Shown here in pieces: positions 33,194-42,288 of a stretch of 64,000 nucleotides of DNA; within the stretch, counting starts at the first letter, position 1; each line of letters begins with the position of its first letter. Both the position numbers and the translations under genes were made by a program. The notes below the pieces were generated by a model. That model was not told where the DNA came from. It ran no database searches and saw nothing but the letters and a program-made list of their open reading frames with translations. The stretch comes from a virus (lineage: Duplodnaviria; Heunggongvirae; Uroviricota; Caudoviricetes), in the IMG/VR virus record IMGVR_UViG_2909262264_000005; one strand, given 5' to 3'.

Positions 33194-33450
33194 CAGCGCA
33201 GTACCTCCTGCACCAGTTTTTCAAACTTTCCAACTCTGGTTTCCAGCTCTGTCACACAATCCACCAGCTCATCCACCGCTTTTTGTGCGCGGTGTTTCGC
33301 CTGCATCAGTTCCCTGAGCGCTGGCACCATATCCCGACGAATGGCATCTTTTGTTACACCTGTTTTTTCCAGTTGTTCCGCCTGTCGCAACATTTCCTGT
33401 GCCTGTTTACGTAATTGTTCAGGGGTAAAAGGTGTTGTCTGGTTGTTCAA
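33193..33450 (-). CDS. Hypothetical coiled-coil protein (85 aa)
   Basis: ORF between dnaB-like gene and Q, translationally overlapping its neighbours. Confidence 0.45.
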   Translation of the reverse strand: MNNQTTPFTPEQLRKQAQEMLRQAEQLEKTGVTKDAIRRDMVPALRELMQAKHRAQKAVDELVDCVTELETRVGKFEKLVQEVLR

Positions 33451-34877
33451 AAGAAACGCTCCATCTTACTGCTGTCAGTTCGTTTGTTGCTGTATCTGCG
33501 CGGCTGGGGCTGCTGCATTGGGGTAGAAAGAATCTGTGCGCTTTCCTGATCCACAGGCAGAAAATGTCCGTTATAAAAACGCCGGTAAATCGTTCCCAGA
33601 GAACCGTTACGTTGTTTCGTGATATTGATTTCTGCGATGCCCCTGGCCTGCGTATCCGGGTTGTACACTTCATCCCTGTAAAGCATCAGAATGATGTCTG
33701 CATCCGCCTCTATTTCTCCGGAATTTTTCAGGTCTGAGTTCATGGGGCGTTTGTTGGGTCTGGACTCCACACCGCGGGAGAGCTGGCTCAGCGCAATCAA
33801 CGGAAAACCACCGGATTTTGCCAGGCCTTTAAGCCCCTTTGAGATTTCACCAACGGCAAGGTCATGACGCCCCGTGGTTCGGGTTTTTATCAGTCCGAGA
33901 TAATCAACCACCACCAGCGCCGTTTCCGGATGTTTAATCAGGTGGTGTTTCGTTGTTGCGCATATCTCGTCAATGGTCAGGTTCGCCTGGTCCACCATCC
34001 AGATATTGCGCCCGGTCATCCGCCCCACTCCTTGTGAGAAACGTGCCCAGTCTTCGTCTTCAAAGTGAGTGACAGATTTCAGGCGTGATACCGGCATTCC
34101 TCCAGCCGCAGATACCATGCGCTCACCAATCTGGATGTTCGCCATTTCCATTGTGAACAGAAGAACACCGCGCCCCTGTTCAGTCACCTTGTCGATGATA
34201 TCCAGCGCCAGTTCGGTTTTGCCCATCGAAGGACGAGCAGCAATAAATACCAGGTCGCCAGGCTCCATGCCGCCCGTTTTTGCGTCCAGTTCATCAATAC
34301 CGGTCATCAACGTCCTGGATTTCTCCAGCCCCTGATTCCGGCATTCAACACGCTCAACCACTTCCGGAAGCACATCATCAATATGTACCGGCTGAATAAC
34401 GCCCTTTTCCGTCGACAATGAGGCCATCATGTTCTGCGCATCCTTCAGAGCATCTTCAGCTGCTTCACAGGTATGCGCATCACGTAATTTCTGCAGCGCC
34501 TCATTCAGTGTTTTTTCTGCATCACGCAATGCGGCATTACGCCGCAACGCCGTAACATAGTGCTCCAGTGACGACTTCACCCAGGTTTTGCGCCCGGTAT
34601 CAGTAATCACCGGGGCAAGTTCCGGCATCTCATTACACAACAGCACAGGGTCAATCACGCCTGAAACACGGGCCTGTCGGCAGATGCCTGTGTAGATATC
34701 CCGATACGCTCGTACAGAAAAAACGTCTGCCGGCAATGTGGCCAGAATATCCATCACTTCATGATCTGCCCCTCGCAGAAAAAACGCGCCAATGACAGCG
34801 CCTTCCAGGTCATCGTTACGCCAGACAGGAGAAGTCATGCTGCCACACCTCCGATATGTGCACGGTAACTTTCCCAA
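33447..34877 (-). CDS. Replicative DNA helicase (DnaB family)
   Basis: 476 aa; Walker A ARPSMGKTE, RecA-like C-terminal domain. Confidence 0.9.
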   Translation of the reverse strand: MGKLPCTYRRCGSMTSPVWRNDDLEGAVIGAFFLRGADHEVMDILATLPADVFSVRAYRDIYTGICRQARVSGVIDPVLLCNEMPELAPVITDTGRKTWVKSSLEHYVTALRRNAALRDAEKTLNEALQKLRDAHTCEAAEDALKDAQNMMASLSTEKGVIQPVHIDDVLPEVVERVECRNQGLEKSRTLMTGIDELDAKTGGMEPGDLVFIAARPSMGKTELALDIIDKVTEQGRGVLLFTMEMANIQIGERMVSAAGGMPVSRLKSVTHFEDEDWARFSQGVGRMTGRNIWMVDQANLTIDEICATTKHHLIKHPETALVVVDYLGLIKTRTTGRHDLAVGEISKGLKGLAKSGGFPLIALSQLSRGVESRPNKRPMNSDLKNSGEIEADADIILMLYRDEVYNPDTQARGIAEINITKQRNGSLGTIYRRFYNGHFLPVDQESAQILSTPMQQPQPRRYSNKRTDSSKMERFF

Positions 34878-35725
34878 CCAAACACCAGGCAGTTACGCCC
34901 ACCATCAGTAACGCGATCCACAATCCGTTCACCAATGGACTCCTTAAGTTGGTCAAATGTCAGATTACTAATCAAAATTGTCGGTAAAACGCTTTCGTAA
35001 CGTGCATTGATGATTTCCTGCAGGATGGTTATCTCTGTTGGCGTACCGAACTGCACACCAACCTCATCGATGATGAGCAGGTCCAGCGATACAAAATGGT
35101 CAATAACTTCATCTTCAGTGCGTTCAGAATTGTGACGCCAGGTATTTTTCACAGCGCGGGTCAGTCGCATGACATCCGTAATTTCGACAGTCGCCAGGTG
35201 GTAGCGAATAATATTTTTTGCCATTGATACAGCCAGGTGATTTTTCCCGGTACCGCAATTGCCAATCATGATCATGCTGGTACCCGCAGCAAGACACTTC
35301 TCCCATGAACTGGCATAGCGCCGACAAGCCTCAAGATTTCTCTGTGCGTCAGCATTCACAGCCTGGTAGTTCTCAAACTCGCAGTCCTGGAAGCGGCGGG
35401 CAATACCAGCTCTGTCAAGTAATTCATGAACTTTCAGGATGCGTAACGCCTCCTGTACCTGATCCAGTTCATTCGCAATGCAGGTCGGGCAACCAGACAC
35501 CCGTTTGATGGTTTCCCCACGAACATCTGGCCCTTTCAACACCAGACGTGTGTATTTCCCGTGTTTCTCACACTCAGCAGTTTCCTCGCTAGTCAGCCAG
35601 TGTTCACAGCGCCACGGACGCTTCCCGGCACGGGCAAACTGCATCTCCTCCTCCAGTTCCGCCCTGCGGTTGAGCAATTGCGCTTTATCGTGTTGTGCGT
35701 AGTGTTTTTTTAACTGTTCAAACAT
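34835..35725 (-). CDS. DnaC-like helicase loader (AAA+) with N-terminal Cys-rich region
   Basis: Walker A GNCGTGKNH, Walker B LLIIDEVG; N-terminal CxxC...CxxC. Confidence 0.85.
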   Translation of the reverse strand: MFEQLKKHYAQHDKAQLLNRRAELEEEMQFARAGKRPWRCEHWLTSEETAECEKHGKYTRLVLKGPDVRGETIKRVSGCPTCIANELDQVQEALRILKVHELLDRAGIARRFQDCEFENYQAVNADAQRNLEACRRYASSWEKCLAAGTSMIMIGNCGTGKNHLAVSMAKNIIRYHLATVEITDVMRLTRAVKNTWRHNSERTEDEVIDHFVSLDLLIIDEVGVQFGTPTEITILQEIINARYESVLPTILISNLTFDQLKESIGERIVDRVTDGGRNCLVFGWESYRAHIGGVAA

Positions 35726-35744
35726 TGTTCATCACCTCGAAAAA

Positions 35745-36554
35745 TCACCAGTTGAAGTTCGTTGAACCGTAGTCCTGCTCACTGAATCCCGAGATCGGGA
35801 GGCCGGTAGTTCGCCCACCTCCGGGAGCGGCTGGCTGTTGCCAGGATTCCTCGAAATGGCGATCGGGTCCAAAGAACGTCGCGGCCTGCTTCACGAACTG
35901 TGTGCCGGTATTTCCTGTTGCACGTACCCAGGCGGCATACCGCTTCACGCCATCAAGCATGACTTCAGGTTTTATTCCCTCCCTGAGACGGGCTTTCCAG
36001 GCTTTGAAGGCTGCTGACTTGGAATTACCACCAGCACGTTTGGGATATTCCTGCCAGGCCTGTTCAAATTCCGGTGAATATTCCTGTCGGGCAGAGCGCG
36101 CTGGTGCAGACGCGTCAGCGGATGCGCCAATAGTTGATTCATTGACTGGTTCTTTGACTGGTTCAAAAGAGTGACTGGTTCTGGGTGAATCTCCTGCACT
36201 ACCCCCTGGTGCAACTCCTGCACCACCTGGTGAATTTGCTGCACTAGGTAGTGAATTATTTGCACTACCACCTGGTGAATCTTTTGCACCATCAAGACGA
36301 AGAAGATAAATATTGCTCGAGTTCCCTTTTTCACCTTTCCGGGAAACTTTTTTTACCAGTCCCGATTCACAAAGAGCCGTAATATGATTCATCACAGAAC
36401 GTTTGCTAATCTCGCACTGATCAGCAATATGCTGATAGCTGGGCCAGCACTCGCCCTGATCGCTGGCATTATCAGCCAGCTTAATCAGAACCAGTTTTCG
36501 CAACGGATTTCCCACACGAATTTTCATCGCTTTCACCATCAGCTCCATGCTCAT
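35745..36554 (-). CDS. Replication initiator (O-like) with N-terminal HTH
   Basis: 269 aa; HTH at N-terminus; central repetitive PGG/SAG linker encoded by iteron-like DNA repeats. Confidence 0.65.
   Translation of the reverse strand: MSMELMVKAMKIRVGNPLRKLVLIKLADNASDQGECWPSYQHIADQCEISKRSVMNHITALCESGLVKKVSRKGEKGNSSNIYLLRLDGAKDSPGGSANNSLPSAANSPGGAGVAPGGSAGDSPRTSHSFEPVKEPVNESTIGASADASAPARSARQEYSPEFEQAWQEYPKRAGGNSKSAAFKAWKARLREGIKPEVMLDGVKRYAAWVRATGNTGTQFVKQAATFFGPDRHFEESWQQPAAPGGGRTTGLPISGFSEQDYGSTNFNW
36181..36316. repeat. Candidate replication origin: five ~21-bp direct repeats plus AT-rich tract inside O-like gene
   Basis: Units ctgggtgaatctcctgcact / accccctggtgcaactcctgcacc / acctggtgaatttgctgcact / aggtagtgaattatttgcact / accacctggtgaatcttttgcacc followed by atcaagacgaagaagataaatattgc. 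Confidence 0.5.
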
Positions 36555-36775
36555 AACACACCTCCCAGGCGTTTAAACATTTTTCCGGACTGAAACGCCA
36601 CCAGTGGGTAACTGATGGTGTAGTTACGCCCCAGTAATTCACACACGACTTTCTGGCTTTCGGTACTGACCAGGCAAACCCGCAGAACGTGACCGTTGCT
36701 GGTGGCGAACCACTGCCCCACACGGGGGCAACGGTTGTATCGGTGATACAGGGAATTAACGATGCGACGAATCAT
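36551..36775 (-). CDS. Hypothetical protein (74 aa)
   Basis: ORF coupled to flanking early genes. Confidence 0.4.
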   Translation of the reverse strand: MIRRIVNSLYHRYNRCPRVGQWFATSNGHVLRVCLVSTESQKVVCELLGRNYTISYPLVAFQSGKMFKRLGGVL

Positions 36776-37005
36776 GGGCGCTCCTCCTGCACATCAGCCA
36801 TGAGCATTTTGCTGGCTGTTTCCAGCGCCTGGTCGGCGCTAATTTGCATGACAGCCAGTGAATGAGGAACAAAAGCACCGGCATATTCTGTTTCACTGGT
36901 GGCGTGTTTATGCGCCATATCTGCGATAACAGAGATGTCAATCAGTGCATCCATCAGGGTTTTAATTACCGTAACAGAGGTGTCTGAATAATGGTTATTA
37001 CACAT
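36772..37005 (-). CDS. Hypothetical protein (77 aa)
   Basis: ATG at 37005 preceded by GGGAGG. Confidence 0.45.
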   Translation of the reverse strand: MCNNHYSDTSVTVIKTLMDALIDISVIADMAHKHATSETEYAGAFVPHSLAVMQISADQALETASKMLMADVQEERP

Positions 37006-37363
37006 GGCGCGCCTCCCATTGATTACGGCGAAAAGCGGTGTGACTGAGGCTGGTTTCTGCCTTATGGAATGCTTCAATACAGCTCTCGTAGTACCGCATT
37101 GTGCGCAGACTTAACCCAAGCTGAAGCATCATCAGGCCGTCAAGGGTGATGTAATAACCACGCAGGGAATCGCCATACACGTGGTAAGTACCCGGTATGA
37201 AATTACGGGAGAAGAATTCACGCGAGCAGTTCAAATACTCGATTTTGTCGACGATGTTCTGGTGCATGCGCTTAAAGTGGCAGGCAACATGCAGGGAGAA
37301 AATAACAGCTTTGCCGTTGACGACTTCAATTTTGAGGAATGAGTGGGTTGGGACTGTAGCCAT
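36998..37363 (-). CDS. Hypothetical early protein (121 aa)
   Basis: ATG at 37363 preceded by AAGGAGG; the listed 221-aa ORF upstream extension lacks an RBS and is low-complexity. Confidence 0.5.
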   Translation of the reverse strand: MATVPTHSFLKIEVVNGKAVIFSLHVACHFKRMHQNIVDKIEYLNCSREFFSRNFIPGTYHVYGDSLRGYYITLDGLMMLQLGLSLRTMRYYESCIEAFHKAETSLSHTAFRRNQWEARHV

Positions 37364-37526
37364 GATGGCAACCTCCTTGAGCAGTGAAAGACTTCCACCA
37401 CCGGAGGTTCCAAGCTCGCTGGTGGCGGACTGAACAGGGTTGGAACTACCGGCGCTCAAGGAAACCGGCGAGCCTTTCGGCTCCCCTGCCCAGCCCACCA
37501 TAATTCTGGCGTGCGCGAGCATGGAC

Positions 37527-37552
37527 GATAAAAAAGACGCTGGCGCGTCGTA
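37527..37552 (-). terminator. Intrinsic terminator within early-right operon (tR1-like)
   Basis: Minus-strand gacgcgccagcgtc hairpin followed by ttttttat. Confidence 0.5.
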
Positions 37553-37752
37553 TATCGCCTCGAGCAATTCCGGGGTTCCAATCCCGGCACCCGCTTTATA
37601 AGGTGCCGGAACAGTGTAACGTCCCGAAATTGCAGAATCAATATTTAGGCTTGAAACATTCATATGCTTACTGGTATTTTTACTAACGCAAATGTTCTTG
37701 GATGTTACTGGCTTACTTCTTTTGTGAAGTTGCCTTTACTAACGTTGAGCGA

Positions 37753-37777
37753 GCCGGGCCACTGCCCGGCTTTTTTT
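37753..37777 (+). terminator. Plus-strand intrinsic terminator antisense to early operon
   Basis: gccgggc-cact-gcccggc followed by ttttttt. Confidence 0.5.
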
Positions 37778-38484
37778 CACCGCTGCCAACCAATAACCTG
37801 AAATAACCCCATTTTCGGGTGATACCAGCGAGTCCCTCGCGGTTCTGCTTCCTCCATAACCCGATAAAAAGCAGCCATAAACGGTTCCACAGCAACAATT
37901 GCGCGACGTGATAACAATCCATCCGGTGTCATAAACTCGTGGGTATCGGTAGGAATTTGATAAGCGTTCACCAGATTGCGGCATTTATCATCTGACAAAC
38001 CGGTTTTCGCTTTCAGTTGGCGATATCCGGCATAGCCCTCACGAATGGTACCCCTTTTGATTTGCTCAACTGTTTCGGCAACATGGCTGACTTTTTCTTC
38101 CACCTGAGTGATCCGTTTCTGCTGACGAACGGCTTCAAGAGCCATCGCAGCAACCATTTCGATTTCGCTCATTGGCTTACGGATCTGTTCTTCCAGTTCG
38201 CGCCAGCGATCTACCAGGCGAGCAGTGAATTCAGGACAGAGCTGTGCGACGACAATAATGCTGTCGCGCTTACCTTGTTCTCCTTCAAACAGGTAATGCT
38301 CATATTGAACTTTAAAACCTAAGTTATTGATTCTTTCGGAAACCTCAATTTGAGGAGACCGGACAACGCCACCTTTGGCTAATGTTTCAATAGTGCGTTT
38401 CACATTGTCATGACGTTTACCCACCAGCTCTGCGATTTCAACGCTGGTCATGGATACTTTGTCGTTAAAAATTGCAGCGTTCAT
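37777..38484 (-). CDS. Rha-family phage regulatory protein (antirepressor-like)
   Basis: N-terminal VSMTSVEIAELVGKRHDNVKRTIETL motif; start set at the MNAAIF ATG. Confidence 0.65.
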   Translation of the reverse strand: MNAAIFNDKVSMTSVEIAELVGKRHDNVKRTIETLAKGGVVRSPQIEVSERINNLGFKVQYEHYLFEGEQGKRDSIIVVAQLCPEFTARLVDRWRELEEQIRKPMSEIEMVAAMALEAVRQQKRITQVEEKVSHVAETVEQIKRGTIREGYAGYRQLKAKTGLSDDKCRNLVNAYQIPTDTHEFMTPDGLLSRRAIVAVEPFMAAFYRVMEEAEPRGTRWYHPKMGLFQVIGWQR

Positions 38485-38655
38485 TGTTGCCTCTTTACGA
38501 AAAACCATGATTAACCTCTAGCTTTCCCTGTCTTTTCCGCACTTCTTGTACGGTGATATTATTCAGTGCCGGATGCTTACCCGTGTCCGGCGCACGACCA
38601 CACGTAGCCGCGTGTTGGTCTCCATTTTCAATTCAGCTCTCAATGGAGGATAAAA

Positions 38656-38901
38656 ATGTCAAATACCCAACATCTAAAAGCGGCGGATCCCGTTTTACGC
38701 CTCAATGCACTTGAAACGGTTGTTCGGGCGATGCTGTCGAGCATGACACCCGAGCAAATAAACAAAGCGCGATTGATTGCTACTCGTGGTGCCCAATTAG
38801 CAGCCCTAGATCCATTGCTCACTCCTGCGAATCGCGAAGATGTAGAGCACATTCAGGGGATGGTTGATTATTTATTCGCCCATATTCCTGATCAGATTTG
38901 A
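38656..38901 (+). CDS. Hypothetical protein (81 aa), opposite orientation to flanking early genes
   Basis: GGAGG RBS 6 nt upstream of ATG. Confidence 0.5.
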   Translation: MSNTQHLKAADPVLRLNALETVVRAMLSSMTPEQINKARLIATRGAQLAALDPLLTPANREDVEHIQGMVDYLFAHIPDQI

Positions 38902-38982
38902 TTCTTTGAACCATAATTTCAGCGATACGAATGGCCGCCGCTTCGAGTCTGGCGGCTTCTTTATCTGCATAAGAGCTACCCA

Positions 38983-39228
38983 TCACTTCTCGTCCTCTGT
39001 GTGCGCTAAGCTTGGGTGTGGAAAAAGCTCTGGTAGATCTGGACGAAATTCATACGCTTGGATCTTTCCGTCGACAGCTGCAACCAATAACGGCACAAAT
39101 TCTGGTGAAATCTTGTTCTTGCAGTTCAACCAATCGCAGACTGTTGACTGGGCCTTTCCGCATCGCTTGGCTAAGGCTTGCTGACTTCCAAGAATCTCAA
39201 TAGCTTTCTCTATGGCTTTATGTTTCAT
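38983..39228 (-). CDS. Cro-like repressor (Cro/YdaS-type HTH)
   Basis: HTH SQQALAKRCGKAQSTVCDWLN; divergent from cI; start at the MKHKAIEKAI ATG. Confidence 0.7.
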   Translation of the reverse strand: MKHKAIEKAIEILGSQQALAKRCGKAQSTVCDWLNCKNKISPEFVPLLVAAVDGKIQAYEFRPDLPELFPHPSLAHTEDEK

Positions 39229-39250
39229 AATCGCATCTCCTATTGAATGC

Positions 39251-39279
39251 ATAATAACAACAGGAAAAGCGATATTCAA
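39251..39279 (-). promoter_or_regulatory. PR-like promoter for cro
   Basis: Minus strand TTGAAT - 17 bp - TATTAT upstream of cro; nearby palindrome tatcggaaagccgata (39298-39313) is a candidate operator. Confidence 0.5.
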
Positions 39280-39347
39280 CGTTAAACCTAGAATATTTAT
39301 CGGAAAGCCGATAGACTAGCCAGGATAGAGAGGGGAGGAAAATCGCA

Positions 39348-40040
39348 ATGACATTTTCAGAACGACTTGATTTAGCTATGCGCAACGCAAAATTTACGCA
39401 AGGTAGGCTGGCCAAAGAAGTGGGTATGGCTCAGTCCAGTGTCAATCAACTACTTAACAAAGCCAACGGTTCCAGAAAAACAGTCGAAATAGCAAAAGTT
39501 TTGGGCGTTAACCCGGAATGGCTTGCATCGGGTGTTGGCCCAATGGAAATCGTGACCTCTGCAGACTCACACCAAATACGTAACATTTCTGAAGATTGGG
39601 TTACTGATTCGTATGTCGTGGATGTTTTAGACATCAGATATAGTTGCGGACCTGGTAGTTATAACTCTGATTTTCCTGACATTGTCAGATCTATAGCGAT
39701 AGAACCAGGATACGCATCAAGAGTTTTTGGCGGCAGACCAGCATCAGCAATCAAAGCAATAAACGCCCACGGCGACAGCATGAAAGGCACAATAAACCCT
39801 GAGGACTTGGTGTTTGTTGACGTATCAGTTCGCTCATTTAATGGCGATGGTATATACGCTTTTACATACTCAGGAACATCGCACATCAAAAGGCTTCAAA
39901 AAATCAAAGACACCCTAACAGTGATCTCAGACAATCCAGCTTACAAAGATTGGGCTATCGAACAAGATGACTTCGAGCAACTTCACATTGACGGAAAAGT
40001 AATCGTAAGTTGGCCTATGACGCTACACCGTTTCGCATAA
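39348..40040 (+). CDS. CI-like repressor (HTH plus S24 LexA-like peptidase domain)
   Basis: N-terminal HTH (GRLAKEVGMAQSSVNQLLN), C-terminal GDSM serine motif and downstream lysine. Confidence 0.85.
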   Translation: MTFSERLDLAMRNAKFTQGRLAKEVGMAQSSVNQLLNKANGSRKTVEIAKVLGVNPEWLASGVGPMEIVTSADSHQIRNISEDWVTDSYVVDVLDIRYSCGPGSYNSDFPDIVRSIAIEPGYASRVFGGRPASAIKAINAHGDSMKGTINPEDLVFVDVSVRSFNGDGIYAFTYSGTSHIKRLQKIKDTLTVISDNPAYKDWAIEQDDFEQLHIDGKVIVSWPMTLHRFA

Positions 40041-40060
40041 GCGATAATTATTTAACATCC

Positions 40061-40089
40061 CCGCCCACTCCACGAGTGGGTTTTTTTTT
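40061..40089 (+). terminator. Intrinsic terminator after cI
   Basis: cccactc-cac-gagtggg followed by ttttttttt. Confidence 0.6.
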
Positions 40090-40108
40090 GAAAAAATCGA
40101 CAAACCGA

Positions 40109-40137
40109 TTGACAACATGAATAGGTAAACCTATTAT
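40109..40137 (+). promoter_or_regulatory. Consensus-like sigma70 promoter with embedded operator palindrome
   Basis: TTGACA - 17 bp - TATTAT; 14-bp perfect inverted repeat ataggt-aa-acctat (40121-40134) overlaps spacer and -10. Confidence 0.55.
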
Positions 40138-40186
40138 CATGACATAAGTATCGAACTCACCAAAACAATTATAGAGGATGAGGAAA

Positions 40187-40597
40187 ATGTCATCGTATAT
40201 GGGGTTACCAACAAATCAACACGATGCTCTTGAGAATATTCAACTCTTAGTAGGGGCTGGAGCACTACTGTATAGCAGCAATAACCCTGAGTTAATTGAA
40301 CTTGCCAGCTCCATCCTGGCTGTAACTCAAAAATATAGCCTCACCGCGTCGCGTTTATGCAAACAAAATTTAGTTATTAATTCCCAGAATCGGATTCGCA
40401 CCCAACGCGAAGCCTGCGGCTTAACAACCGCCGAACTCGCCAGGCTGCTCGATCTCGATGAAGAAATCATCATCCAGTGGGAAAGCGGAGAGTATGAACC
40501 AACTATCAGTATGCTTATCCCACTGGCAAATGTTCTTGGTTGCGACCCGATGTGGCTGTTAACCGGTAAACCAACAGGTGGGGATACTTGCGCATGA
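40187..40597 (+). CDS. HTH-XRE protein with unknown N-terminal domain
   Basis: C-terminal HTH_XRE (LTTAELARLLDLDEEIIIQWESGEYEPTISMLIPLANVLG); start at ATG 40187 after GAGGA; stop overlaps next start (ATGA). Confidence 0.6.
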   Translation: MSSYMGLPTNQHDALENIQLLVGAGALLYSSNNPELIELASSILAVTQKYSLTASRLCKQNLVINSQNRIRTQREACGLTTAELARLLDLDEEIIIQWESGEYEPTISMLIPLANVLGCDPMWLLTGKPTGGDTCA

Positions 40598-40959
40598 AAA
40601 AGTTCGAAAACATAACCGTTCTCCATGTTGATGACTTTGATTATACAAACCCGGAACTTCTCCCGGAGGTTGTAAAGGCAATAGATGTAGCCGATATAGT
40701 GATTAGAGGAAAGAGAATTGTCAAAAACAGACTCGCATGCACTTCAGGAGCAATGACAGAAACAACCCCACAGCAAGATGATTATGAAGGCATTTGTCTG
40801 GAACCGGACTCATTTGCGGTAAATGTTTATCATTTATTGCATGCAACACGGGTATTACATATGTCCAGTAATCACGAAACAGAAACACTTGGCAGCGAAA
40901 TTCTGAATTTTGCATGTGAATATGCAAAATCTGCTGCCGAAAAAGAATTAGCGCAATAA
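40594..40959 (+). CDS. Hypothetical protein (121 aa), translationally coupled to HTH-XRE gene
   Basis: ATG 40594 overlaps upstream stop; no recognisable motif. Confidence 0.5.
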   Translation: MKKFENITVLHVDDFDYTNPELLPEVVKAIDVADIVIRGKRIVKNRLACTSGAMTETTPQQDDYEGICLEPDSFAVNVYHLLHATRVLHMSSNHETETLGSEILNFACEYAKSAAEKELAQ

Positions 40960-41341
40960 CAATAAATATTCCCTGAATGTTTATTACGGTTTTATCGCCG
41001 GGGATTGTTGCAACCTTTATTCGCAGGAGATTATGTTATGACTTTCCTGAAACATAAGGCATCGTATAAAACTGCCTGCCTCATTGCACAACATGGAGAT
41101 TCTTATCTTCATATAGCCAGCCTGTATTTGCGCAAAGCATATGGGAGATAAGTCAATGGAAGAAAAACAACAAAACATAACACATAAAAAAAGTAAGAGT
41201 GTTGCTAACCATTGAAAATGGTGAAGTAATTTACTCAAAACATCTGTTGGATAATGAATTCGTTGGCTGCATGGATACATTTCTGTGGATGGCAAAAAGA
41301 GCTGGCTACACGATTATTCCACCAGCAAAGGAGCAAACATT

Positions 41342-41923
41342 ATGAATCATTCAGAGTTCCGACCAGAAGTTACGCCACATGGCATAAAAATTGGCAATAC
41401 AACCATTGATTATGTTGAGGCCGTACAGCGGCTTAATGATGGTGAATACGATAATCCATACTGGCACGGGTTAAGAATCATGCAATGTATTGCAGAAGCT
41501 GATGATGCCGGACTGCTGGGCAAATTTTCAGTCGATATGAAGGTTGCCCAGTGGCGCTGGCTATATGTAGCGAAATTTATCAGTGAAGTGGAAGACAAGA
41601 ACGGCACCATTGATATCCCTAACGATAACGGAACTACAGATCGCGCAGTTATTTATAAGGGGAAGCATGGTTGCATGAGTATATACCCAGGACCACTTCG
41701 CATTGCCCTGCAAAACCATGTCGAATGGGGATTTATTGAAAAATATGGTGAAGCTGAAGGCATGGGGCGAGTTCTGTTTCTCTATCAAAAAATGCTCATC
41801 GCAGATCCTAATAATGGTTTCATTGTCTCTGCTATGGGGCGCGAAGGGCTTGAACTCCTTCTGGATGAAATGATTCACGATCTGAATACTCATGGTATGC
41901 CAGAAGCGCCAGTGACACATTAA
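41342..41923 (+). CDS. Hypothetical protein (193 aa)
   Basis: AGGAG RBS before ATG 41342 (listed ORF starts at a GTG at 41285). Confidence 0.55.
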   Translation: MNHSEFRPEVTPHGIKIGNTTIDYVEAVQRLNDGEYDNPYWHGLRIMQCIAEADDAGLLGKFSVDMKVAQWRWLYVAKFISEVEDKNGTIDIPNDNGTTDRAVIYKGKHGCMSIYPGPLRIALQNHVEWGFIEKYGEAEGMGRVLFLYQKMLIADPNNGFIVSAMGREGLELLLDEMIHDLNTHGMPEAPVTH

Positions 41924-42099
41924 ATATTAAGAAGAATATAATTCTTCCGTTTTTTACTAACCGTTTATATGAAAAGCAACCGTGAATTAAGCAGAGTAAA
42001 ACTGCTTTTAATCCTTGCCACAGTACTGACACTAACAGAAATCATTATTCTCTTTATTGCGCTGTCAGTCAGTTAAAAATATCGGGATGCAACAAACCA

Positions 42100-42288
42100 A
42101 TGAGATTGTATTTCAGAATAGTAATTTTACTGGCAATTATCGCATGCATTTACGGACTACTCGTCCCGTTCCTTATATCCATGAAGGATACGGTAGCAGT
42201 CATTTCCGGCTTTGCACTGGCGTTTCTGACCCCGCCCTGCATTTATGCCATTTACAAGGGTCTTTCTTTCACTAAGGGTAAAAGATGA
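42100..42288 (+). CDS. Small membrane protein (62 aa, two predicted TM helices)
   Basis: Hydrophobic segments ILLAIIACIYGLLVPFLI and ISGFALAFLTPPCIYAI; stop overlaps start of SPFH gene. Confidence 0.5.
   Translation: MRLYFRIVILLAIIACIYGLLVPFLISMKDTVAVISGFALAFLTPPCIYAIYKGLSFTKGKR

Noticed and set aside
37364-37663. N-terminal 100 codons of the listed 221-aa ORF 36998-37663
   Set aside because: No RBS at the upstream ATG, low-complexity Gly/Ser-rich translation, while the internal ATG at 37363 has a strong AAGGAGG; the upstream part is treated as non-coding.
41017-41295. 92-aa minus-strand ORF in the intergenic region upstream of the 193-aa gene
   Set aside because: Opposite to the operon direction, no RBS, hydrophobic low-complexity translation; the region more likely carries plus-strand leader elements.
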